Origin: Euglena gracilis | Taxonomy: Eukaryota | Direction of reading: 5' to 3' | DNA: 64,000 nucleotides | Assembly (NCBI GenBank): GCA_039621445.1 | Contig: CP154954.1 | Span: forward strand, 34,693,737 to 34,757,736 | Shown here: piece after piece, positions 47,501 through 59,500 of the stretch | How positions within the stretch are numbered: the stretch's first letter is position 1 | Layout of the letters: every line of letters starts with the position of its first letter | Notes under the pieces: model-generated | The model's input: the letters and a program-made list of their open reading frames with translations, nothing else | What the model was told of the DNA's origin: nothing | Database searches by the model: none | Program-made: the position numbers and the translations under genes

Positions 47501-50500
47501 TTTAGAACGCTGCGTTCAGAAACTGTTTTGCAGGCATTTCAAAATATTTCTCGCTGACATCATCGACTCTATTGTGCCATGATACAAGTCTCTACATGAT
47601 ACACGAGTGATGATACAAGACTTTATTGTACACCTTGCACACCTGCACATGTGTCACAGTGATATTTCTGAAAGATAAGCTTGATTTCCACGTGTGTACA
47701 AATCCATCCATGGGTGCAATGGGTGAACAATTGGAAAGACAAACAACACTTTACTGAATATCCTTTGATGACACCAGCTGTGACTGATTGTTCAAAACAC
47801 GAACTGTGCTTGCATATTGATGGTACATACTGAAAGCAAAATACAAGGAGATTTTTTTGTTCTTTTTCACCAAAACTTGAACGCCCAGAGGTTTCCTGAA
47901 AGAATTTACGAAACTTATAATGCAAGATAAGTTCAAAATGCGGAAAATGCAACGTTGGGTTCTCAGTCTAGAGATTCTGGTGGAAGAGGCTGCCCTTCCA
48001 TTCTAAAAAAAGTAGATTGAAAATTAAGCCAAATATTAGCTCAAGGTTTTAGCCTAAATGAAACGCTATTACTAACAATCCACGATCCATATTACGACAT
48101 ATTATGACTAATTACGATTATTATGCAACTTGCAGAAACCCTTGCACAAACGAGCAATTAAAAAAAATGATACTTTTACCTCAATTTCACCAACTGAGGT
48201 TTTTCCCTCACAAATCAAGAGCATACTTTGCTGTGGCATTGGGCACCTGAAGACAATGTGCAAAGTAAGCAAAACGTTGTGCAAACAAAACAGACATGCT
48301 GTGGAATGCACAACGATCTAGACAAGCAAAATAATTTGTTTGATGTGATCCCTTTTGATTTTTTTTCTGCAATGATACTTCTGGGGTTCTCGTTGCCTTC
48401 GTGAATTGCATACGCATAATAAAATGGAATGGGATGAGTGCCCCTCAGCAGTGAGTTCGGTCCTCTGGCTTCCAGAACTCGCTCAAACCCGGGAACCCGC
48501 CCTCCCCCCTGCCCTGCCACCCCCTCGCAGATCTCATTGCTAACCCCAATCTTTCTCCTAATTCAAACCCTAATTCTAGCCCTGTACCAAACATAAAAAC
48601 CCAAACCTTTGCTTCTCTTTAGGAATGTCCCCATTTCTATCTCCCTCCCCACCCTAATACCCTGTCTTCACCCAGGTTCGTGCCATATGTGTTGTATCAA
48701 CCCCCCCCCGTCAGGGCTGGACAGGAAGGCCTGGATGGGGGAGCTGACCCCCCACCCAGGAGGTAGGAGGTGGGGTCGACCCCCACCAGGCTTTGATATA
48801 AAGGCAGGTGGGGGGACCAGACCCCCCCTCCGGTCTAGCGCCATTGGGGGGGGGGCACCTCTCCCACCTTAACAGTGGTGCGGTTTGGGTGACTGATTTA
48901 CGGCCGGAGGCGAAGAGCCAAGCCGAAAAAAATTTTGGGCACTTTTTTGGCAAAAAAATATTTGGTGCAAAACGCCGGAAGGAAAAATTTGACCTTCTTG
49001 GGGGGGGTCCCAGTTACCCCCAGGGTCGGTCTGCACCCCCTTGACAGGTGGGGGGAGGGGGACCCCCCCCACCTAACCCTGAAACCCCCTCAAATAGAAG
49101 CGCGGGGCCGCTGCAAGTGCAGGGTCCAAATAAAAAGGCACCTCCCGCCGCCGAAGGTGGCGGTCCACTGCAATCGCACCCCCCATTTTGATGGGATTTC
49201 TGAAGAAAAAAAAATCAAAAAAATCGCGCAGGTAGGGTCCAAATTGCAGCGCAACCCCCACCGCTGGAGGCGGTGGTCCGCTATAAGCGCACCCGTGCTT
49301 CTATTGGGGGGTTACATCCTCCTTATGTCGACCCTGCCCAGGGTTTGTATGGGAATCTCGGAGGGGGGACCCTCCCTTCCGAAACTGGGGGGGTGGAGGC
49401 GTGTTCAGGGTCCGGTGTGGATTTTTGACTGGGGCGACCGAGGGTCCGCCCCTAACTTCGCCTCCGCAGAGCCCCCCAAAGCGTCGCGCTGGCGTCACTG
49501 ACAGGATCGGCCCAAAGCACACGGCCACCAAATCTGCATCCCTCAAACCCCTGTTTCCCCAACGTTTCCCATATGTCATTTAGTACCCCGAGGGATCTCC
49601 CCCAGTGGGTAAAAGCAATCAGAACGCTTAGAATTTTCGTGACCAACCCTGCCGTCGGTGGGATTGGGCTGACCTGTCCCAACCCCCACACACACCACAA
49701 CCCCCCCACAGCACAACCAACCTGTCCCACACCACACACCACAACCCCCCCCCGGACATTTACCCACCCACTCACAACCCCCCCTGGGGGGTGAGGGCCA
49801 CACAGGGGTTAAATGAATGTATCCTCTGGAACCACCCCGCCAGGCATAATTATTATTTTGAGGCAAAAAAAATTGCCTTGAAAAATCGGACTGGCAGAAT
49901 TCTCTCCAACCGAGCAAAAACGAAGTCGTAAACTCTCGACAAAAACAAGCTGACACCTCAGGAAATGATTTTTGGTATTGCTGGAACGTTGTTTATCCAC
50001 CCAAAACTCAAAAGAATTTCAATGCCCGGACCGCCCTTGGTAGTGCTTTAAAATGCCTTAAAGTGCTTTAAAAAGCCTTTAAAAAATGCTAATAATGCCT
50101 TAAACATAAAAAAAAACTGCCTTAAAAAATGGAGCACCCCTGTTGGTGGGGATTTCTCAACTGATAAAAAATTGGCGCAAAATGTGTTCAATGAGACACT
50201 CCATTTGCAAACTTTAGCCCTAACTCTCATGCATTTCAGAAAACCCGCACTCGGGGCACTTCCTGGGCTCAAACCCACCCATGACCCTCCCCTGGGGGTC
50301 CGACCTTGTGGGACCATACATGGACTCACTCACACCAAACACTCACAATTTTGGGACCTCCTGCCAAAATTGTTGACCACTTTTCCATAATTATTTTTTT
50401 ACAATAATAATAAATATAAATTATAAATTGTTATATTATTAAATTAAATTATTATAAATTATAAATTATATTTTTGGGCTCTTTTGTAAAAACGCCTGAG

Positions 50501-53500
50501 ACCTTTCACCAAAATCTTTGAGACTGGTGGGCAATTTTTTGAGATTCCATTGCAAAGATTTTCACACTGGCGGCCAAAATTTTTGGGACGTCTTGCAAAA
50601 GCTCTCTAAATCAGGGAATTTCTTAAGGACCCCGGGGGGGGGGGTCCAGCCTCCGGCTGGCAAAAAGGCTGCTGGCTGGATTTGAGCTGCTGGCTGGACC
50701 CCCTTTGGCCAAATTTGGGGGATTTCTGAAATAGAATACCATGCAGCATGGCTGAAATCTAAGCCCTTGAGAAGAGCTTTCAATCAAGGGGCAACATGGC
50801 AGGTGAAACATTGGAATTTCGAATTTGCAAATACGGTCGGAACATGCGATCGCCGATTTTCAGAGCGTCGTGCAGTGTGGCTGTGTTCTGAGGGTACCAA
50901 GCTAAAGGTCTTGGGGAGAACTTTCAATTGATATGCTGTCTGGAACCTGAACTTTGGGATTTGACAAATTAAGTTGTCAAATTTTTGGATACATGATCGC
51001 TGAAAATAAGCGCTGTGTGCAATATGGCTGAATTCTGTTGCCATCTGTCAAAAGCATTTGAGGAGAGCTTCGATTGATGGGTAACATGGCGTCAGAATTG
51101 TAAAATCTACCCATTTTGATTGGCGACCAATTCTGACCAAAATCACCCAAAAGTGTCCTAAACAAGGGTATTTGGGGCGAAATTGGTCGCGATTCCTTGG
51201 ATGCTGGTTCGGAAGTCAATCTGACCTGGCCTTTTGGCCAAGTCTAAAAAATCTTTTCAAAACCTTTCTTTTGGGCTTTGGGGTGGGTTTCGGGTGGGAG
51301 GATGGGTGGGTGCCTGCTTTGTCCGCAAAAGATTTTTTGCCAGATTATTGATTATTGCGATGGCACCTTATTCCACATATTTTTTATAAGGGGTGAAACG
51401 GAAACAAACTGCCAAAAATATGCCTCCTTGCTGTGGGGGGGGGACTGACCTCTCCTCCTATTGGTCATCTCTCCTGCATGACTGTGACAGATGGGTGGGT
51501 CTCTGAATTTAGAGAAAGAGCGAAGTCCCTTCGGTGCGTCACGCCAAAAATTCAGATTTTTGCATCCCACTTGGGCAAGATGTGGAGAAACTGTGCAAAG
51601 CAATTATGACTAGGCACCCAAAGTCAAGCCTCGAAAGTGCCCATTCTAGGCCATTTGTGGAGATGTTATGCAATTTTGAAAGAAATGGGGTCCACATGGC
51701 CACAATTAATTTTTTTTCCTGAACTGAGACTGCATGAGGGGCATAAACCTCAAAAAAGTTCATAAATAAGAAATGAACCTCAAAAGAATGAAAATATTGC
51801 AAACAGTGATAAGAATCCAGGGGGATTTTGAAAAATTCTAAATGGCGGGAATGTTAATAAGCAGGGAACTTTAGATAAGGTAGGGATTCACATGATTTTA
51901 ACCATATGCCAAATAGCCAATAGGTTTATCAGTTGGGACCTTTTCTGTGGCTCCAAACGTAAAAAAAAAATGCAAAATATGTGAAAATGCGACTTTTCCT
52001 AATTCTTCATTGCGCAAAAAAGTGAGAATTATGCAAAAAATGCAAATTTTCAAATCTTTGCATATTCTCCCCCGTTAAGCGACCTAAATTTGTGCAAAAA
52101 GACCTTAACTTTCCGAAAAGTGCACAAAATAGGAAATATGCTTGGTAGTTCAACGTCCGATTACACAATTAGGCCAACCATTGATCCAGTCTGAAACAAT
52201 CTGAATTAAGAAACTTATAATTTCACAGCAGATGCTAAGATTCAAATGGAATTGGTGGGAATATCTTTTTGAGAGTCTGCATATTGATCGTACAAAACGA
52301 CTTTGCATCTTCCACCCAAAAGGTGGGGCAAAGCTGGCTCTCAAAGTCTCACAAAGTGTGGGAGGCGAAGGAATCATCCAACAACTGCTCCAAAGATGTT
52401 CCTCGGGGTCTTGCACTGCAATGTCATACATTCACACAGATGGCCACACGTTACCCCCCCCCTATGTCCAATGACCGGTAACCTCTGTCCTCTGACCGGG
52501 GGGGGGGGTCGTTGGACATAGAGTAGTGACCAAAAAGGTGTCCTCTGACCGGGGGGGTGGTCGTTGGACATGGGGTCAAAAGAAAGTTGGTGTGTACCCG
52601 GGTCCCTACCCGCCCAAAAATGCCCAAATTTTCCCTTCCGGCGCTTTGCGCCGAAAATTTTGGGCAATTTTGACAAATTTTTGTCCAAAAAGTGTCAAAA
52701 ATGGCATTTTGGCCAAATTTTGGCAAAATTTTGGGCAAAATTTTTCGCCCCGGCGCTTCACGCCGGGACCAAAAATTTGGTCAAACCTCCGAAAAGGTGT
52801 CCTCTGACCGGGGGGGTGGTCATTGGACATAGGGGGGTCGTTGGACATAGGGGGGGGTCATTAGCTTCCAAAATTTTTTCTCTGACAGCAACTCTAGGGT
52901 GCAGGCAACCTTTCTCTCTTGAGAAGTTTTCTTTAGGAAAACTTCTCAAAATTTTCCTAAAGGATCATTTTGTGTTCACATTGAACCAAAAAAAACAGCT
53001 ATGTGATCACTGCGCATCATGCAAAACAACGAATGTGGGGACGCACAGAACAACGAAACACAGCGAATGTGGGGACGCAATGCTTTTCAAAACCCTTTGG
53101 GGCTCTGCAGTCGCCTTCAAAAAATTCAATAAAAAAACAAAAAAAGTTGGAGGTTCTTTTGTGATTTTTTTAAAAAAAGCCAGCTGTGGAACCAGACAGA
53201 GAGGTGTTCCTGGACATCCCCTCCGATGTACCAAACCAAACTTGTCCACCTAAAAATTCACGAAAAAAATGCTTTTTCCGGAAGAAATTGCTGCCTTTCA
53301 AGAAACCTCAACGACATGTCACAAATGATTTCCCAAAATTCAGGAAAAAAAGCTGCCTGGTTCATCACCAGGTGATCTGGGACACAAAATAGATAATATC
53401 ATCTGGTTTTGACAAATCATGAATCATTCTGGTTGACGAACATGCAATATCGTTCACTCAAAAGGTTGTTTCACACCTTTCTGTTTTGTGAAACTCGACA

Positions 53501-56500
53501 AAAGAAAATCGCTTTTTTTCTGGGGTTTGTTATTCTAAGGTGTGGCCGGGGCATTTCCCCCTCCCCCTCAGGCTAAAAAGGGGGTGCAGCCCGCCAAGAG
53601 ACAGTGTAAATACAACCAATTTACCCTTAAAATTTTTGTGCGTCTGCAACACAACTAAACCCCCCCCCAAAAATAAGACCCCCCCTGGGCCGATCGAGCA
53701 AAAATCCAAAAATAAGACCCCCCCCATAAATAAGACCCCCCCGACGGCGCGAAGCGCCGGGGACGGTGAAAATTTTCCCTGAGAAATTGCCAAAAACCCA
53801 AATTTCACACACAAAAATGATGAAATTTCAAAAAATTTCAGATTCTTGAAGTGCAAAAAACATGCTAAATGTCAACTTACGCAAATTTACACATGGCGCG
53901 AAGCGCCGAAGGAAAATTTTTAGTGTTTTTGGGAACCTGAAAAATGATGTTTTTTTCGGGCCCGGGTCGGTCAAGAAAAAATCCAAAAATAAGACCCCCC
54001 CCCAAAAATAAGACCCCCCCTGGAGGTTTCCAGCAATGGACCCAAAAATAAGACCCGGGTCTTATTTTTGGGGGGGGGGTTTAATAGGGAAGAAGGAGTT
54101 CGTAGAGGTCTGGTTTGCTCCTTGCAGTCTTTTCCATCCACCCAGAAAAACGTCACCAGTCTCACACAGAAGTGTCCACGGAGGCTCAAAGAAAATGTCT
54201 ATGGGGGTTTAAATTTCTCGTCCATTTTTGGATTAATAATTGTGTCCGGGGGGGGGGGTTCTCCGGAAGGTGTTTGCGAGGGACAACAAAACTTGGCTGG
54301 GAGGGGTCTTCATTTTGTCCGAAAGTGCCTACTCGGGTGTCCGCTAACTGTAAGAATTTTGTTGGCCAAAAAAAAAATCAAAAAAAGCCCTAAAAATTTG
54401 GCAAAAAGTTCAGTCTGCAGGAAAAAAAACTGGCAAAAATGCGAAACTTTTCCAGCAAGAAAACGCAAAATCACTGGGGAAAAGAACACAACAAATGCAA
54501 AAAAATACACAAACAACACAAATTTTGCCAAATTTGAAAAAGGCAAAAAGAAAAAGTGTTTGTGACCCCCCTGGCCTTCACCTTCGCGTTCCCCCCAATT
54601 CACCTTCCTTCATCAAAACCTAATTGTAAATCTTCCTGAGGCACTGAAAATCCTTGAACAAAAAGGCATCCACCAGCATTAATCAGCAACAAGGTTATAC
54701 CGAGCACATGCGGCAAGCACTTCTGCTCTTGAAATTCATCACTCCACAATTACAAATCCAATCACCATTCTCTGTGGGGAATGACATTGTAGCAAAATTC
54801 TTTAATATTGAAAATAAAATGCCATTTGCCAAGCTTGAGATAATTATTCCTTTGCCCCTGACAAAGAAGCCTGGTGAGGAATTGTGCCTTGATTGTCTGA
54901 TTTTGCTCTGGTATTGTTTGTTCCCCCCAATTGCGATTGCAGATCATCCAATTTGCCTCGCATTCAAAAAAAACAACAACAGGGAACAGAACCAACAAAC
55001 AATAAATACTCAGTTGTGGCAATGATTGCAAATTTGCCAAATCACACTTTGAAAGTTTTTGATGTCCTCTCGCTCTTCTTTGCAAGCATGACACAGCGCC
55101 CTGTTGAGTATTGAGCGAGAAGGAACTGCATTTTGCACATTCAGTCACAAAAAACATGGTTCACAACCAACACACAAAAAAACGTAAGTAACTTACCAAC
55201 TCCGACGGTCTGATGGCGAAATTTCACGCCTTGGGTGGAATTGGCATGGTTAAATTTGTGGCCATCAGTGCCAAGTGAATGGATATGTAAAAACATTGTG
55301 TGAGAATGCAAGATAAAGAGGCCTTATTAAACAACCTGTTTTGAAACTCTTATTTTTGGCAAAGAAAATTGTTGACTAAAACCATGCTGCCAATGAATGT
55401 TTCTTCGATGTTTCTTCTGGTTCTGTTTGGAGCAATTAAACAACAAAAACTGAAAGTATAAAACATATATTCCAGGTTGATACCTTAAAATAACTGCGAG
55501 ATGAGAAATGTTACAACAAAATGTTGCTGCAGAATTGCAAATGAAACTGGAATCAACGACAAAAAAAAGACCATTTGAGGGCATTTTCTCCACCCCCCCC
55601 CCTGACCGGATTTAACCCCCACTTATAAACCCCCCCACCAATAAAACCCCTAGAAAATAAGGACATAGAGCTTTCATCAATGCATCAAAATGGTGCCCCT
55701 GGCCAGAGGGGAGCCAGCCAAAACAGCCTTTTTCCAGCCTTGGCCCCCCATCAACAAATTTTAATTCCTGTCCATCTGCCCTCTGGAGGGCCTGGAAGCC
55801 AACAGTTTTTTTGAAATGCAAAAATGGGCCAAAAATGGACAACATGGGTCCCTCAAATTCCGGGTAAAGAAAATAATTCTTCATTTTTTGCTGTTTTTGG
55901 AATGCTTTTTTGCAGTTTGTTCCTGGGTCAAACCTCGGGCCGACCAACTAAACTGGAACTTATAACCCCCCCCTCCCAGGAAGAAAAATGAAAAGCTGCC
56001 GGGGACGATTTTTTCAGCCGCAAACCACCCAAAAAATGATTTTTCGGCAATTTTTTGAGACCAAACATCATCAAAAAATGCCATTTTCGTCCATTCAGTG
56101 ATGTTACAGCAAATTCTGAAATGCAAATGAAATGTTAACCCCACCATACACCCCATACCCGTTTTGTTGGATTTTTTCAGCTTTTTTGACCTGTTTGACC
56201 TAAACTCCACCCCGTTTTAGGCCGCCAACTTCTGGTCAAAAACGGGTCAAAAAAGTCGAAAAAAAATCGAAAATTTTTTTGTATGAAACAATGTTTTTTT
56301 GGTCTCCTGACCCGGAAAACCTGTTTCTGAGCTGAAAATGAGCGTTTTTCGCCCCGCTGGTGCCTCGTTTTGGGCCCGAAACCCGTGTTGGCGGGTGAAA
56401 AAAAAACCGCTCATTTAGGGTTCAAAAACAGGTTTTCCGGGACCGGGAGGCCAAAAAAACATCGTTTTGGGCAAAAAAATTTCGATTATTTTGACTTTTT

Positions 56501-59500
56501 TGACCAAAAAAATGCCCGAAAATGGCTAAGTCAAAACAACAAAGTGGCCAAAACTGGCCGAAAAATGACCGTAAAACTCAGGCCAGGCGGGGAGTTGCGG
56601 GGAAATCAAAATGCTGTACAGGGCATTTTAAGGGCTTCAGTTGGGTCTCCTGACGTTTCTTTTGATTCCCCACCATTTTTCAGCATTTTTAGGAAAATTG
56701 ATTTTTTGACCCCAAAAAGCGGCCGAAAACGGCTAAGGCGCAAGCCTGCCGTGCTGTTTTGGGCCGTAAATTGGCCATATTTCAGGCCAGGCGGGGAGTT
56801 AGGGGACAATGGCGGCCTCCCTGCGTCATGTTTGTTGGCAGAGGCTTCGAAATGGGAGTCCAATACAAAAAAAAGTTTGGGTGTCTGACGCACGCACATG
56901 CAAGCATCATGTCTCTGCCTGGGTTTTCTAGGCCACAGGGTCCCTCATCCAGCTCGCAAACGCGTGCAAATGGAGTGTGCATGTCCACAGGCGCAGGTGC
57001 GCGCGGTTCGGTGCTGAGTGTTGTTCCCTCTGGCTCGCGGTCTCCAACACGGGCTTGCATTCTTGCCACCTGCTGTGTGTGGCTGCAGTTTTTCGGCGGC
57101 GGACTTGTTGCCCCCAACCACTGGGGGGGTGAGTAGTGATGACTGCGTGACATTGTTGGTCTTCTCAGTGCTGCCGTTCATTCTGGTGCCCAGGCAACGA
57201 GGCACACGCCACACTGGAGGCGCCCAAACCTCACATCAAACAAGCGCTTTTGCGCGCAATTGGGGGCCAAAATTGTGTGCCAGTTTCGCGGCATGTAAGC
57301 ATGCCATTCCGGGTTGGTTTTTTCAAGCACCGCCAGTCCCCAGACCGCGGACTGTTTGGGGTTTCTTTGGCAAAATGCACATTTGCTTCACGGCCGTCAA
57401 GGTTTGCACCCAGCCAAATTGCCCGCTGTGGCTGCGCCACTGCTTTGGTGGGGTAGTGAATCCCCTTTCTTTCACCAGAGGGGCCCAACCTCCCACCTGC
57501 CTGTATGTCCAACCGGGGGAGGAGGGGCGTCCAAAGGACCAAATGTCCAATCTCCATTACAAATGCGAGTCAAATTTTGCTGCAAACAGGGGATTTTTTA
57601 AGCCCCTCCCCCCCGCGGGGGTCCAGCCTCCGGCTGGCAAAAAGGCTGCTGGCTGGATTTGAGCTGGCTAGCTGGACCCCCGGGGGAGGGGGGGGTCCGG
57701 GGCTGGAGGGGGCTGGGCTGGCCGGGCCGGTGAAAAACAAAATTTTCTAAATTTTTTTTGCCATTTTCGACATTTTGGTGAATGGAGCTAGATCAAGGCT
57801 GGGGGGCTGTGATGGAGGAAGCTGTGATGAGGGGAAAATGCAGGGATAGGTGACCTGGGCAGCCCAGTTGGCTGGCCAGCCTGCGGCCGGCTGGCCCGGC
57901 CTCCGGCCGGCTGGACCCGACTTTATTTCACTCGACCCTCCCCCCCAGGGGGCTCCCAGTCCGAATTTGGGCTGCTGGCTGGATTTGAGCTGCTGGCTGG
58001 CTGGACCCCCCCCCTGGGGGGTAGGGTACCCTCCAGCTTAAGAAATCCCATGGCTGCAAATATGAGGTTTGAAAAAACAATGTTCCTGGGTTTTCAAGAC
58101 ATATGACCCCATATCTGTGTTTCTTTGGGTTGCCACAGATGTCAAGGGGAAGGGACTGTCGGGTTTGGCCAATCTCAGTTTAAGCAATCAGAACCTTTTT
58201 CAAGTTTTGTCTGCAGGTATGAGTTTGTTTGAGGTTTATTTTTGAGCATTTTTTTTTGGAGGTTGGAATTAACCCCCCCACTTATAAACCCCTCGGGGTT
58301 TATAGGATCCTGTTTGGTTGGTCAGCCGAAGGGGGGGGTATATGTGGGGGGTCGCTGAGCTCTTAGCGAAGCTTACCTCCAGGGAAGCGGGGGGGGGGGG
58401 GGCGTCCAACCCCCCCCTGCCTGGGTCGGGGCCACCAGGAGAACCGGCGGATTATCATGATGATCCCGGCCCGCTTCTCGTAATCATTTTTTTTTCAGTC
58501 GTGAGCGACTGGATTTCTAGTTTCCGAATCACCTCTGTTTGACCCCTAACTCACCGCCAGGCCTGAGTTCTTCACCCGCAAAGGGGTTCAAACTGGGAAG
58601 GATTGGCCCGCCCCCCCCCTTCCGACTCTGCCATTTCGCTGGGTCCAAAAAATTGATAAAAAAAATCGATTTTTCAAAAATATCTTGAGAAAATGCACAT
58701 TTTCTCCGGAAACATCGGTCTGATGAAATGCACCCCCGGAGGCCCTCTATCACCCCCCGTTCGCCGTTTTGGCCGCCCACACGCCTGGTCCGTGTTCCAG
58801 TGCGCTTTTGCGGCCATTTGGGGGTGTTTTTTGGGCCGTTTTTGGGCCAAAAAAAAGGAATTTTCAAAATATCTCCACAAAGAAGCAAAATCAAAAGAAA
58901 AGTCAGGAGAGCAAAATAAAGCCCTTGGAACGCCCTATCCAACCATGGTTTACTTTCCCCCCAACCCTTTATGCAACCCGAGTTAGGCCATTTTCGGCCA
59001 ATTTTGGCCCTTTTCTGGGCCATTTTGGACTGTTTTTGGGGGGGGGGGGTCAAAAATTCGATGTTTCCAAAATATCTCGGAAATGAAGCAAAATCAAAGG
59101 AAATGTCCGGAGACCTAAATTGAAGCCCTTAAAATGCCCTATTTAACGGTATTTTGATTTCCCCGCACCTGGCACAGCACCGGGCGGCTGAGGCCTTGGC
59201 ATTGGCCACGAAGAGGGTCTTTGGTGGCCGGGGTCGGGCCCGGTGCGCCGGATTGGGGGATTGGGGGTCCACTAATGTTCTAAGACCGGAGGCCTTCTCC
59301 TTTGTTTCCCAGCAACACCAAAACCACTTTCACTTTCAAAAACCAGTCAATCCGGTCAATTTCCACTTTCAACCAGTCACCCCCCCCCCCAGGTGACTGA
59401 CTGGTTTTTGGCCCAGACCCCCGGGGAGGTGGGTCAGCCAGGAATGGAAGAAAGTGGGCACCCGGCGCAAAAGGCGCCAGAAAAAAAATTGCGGGTTTTT

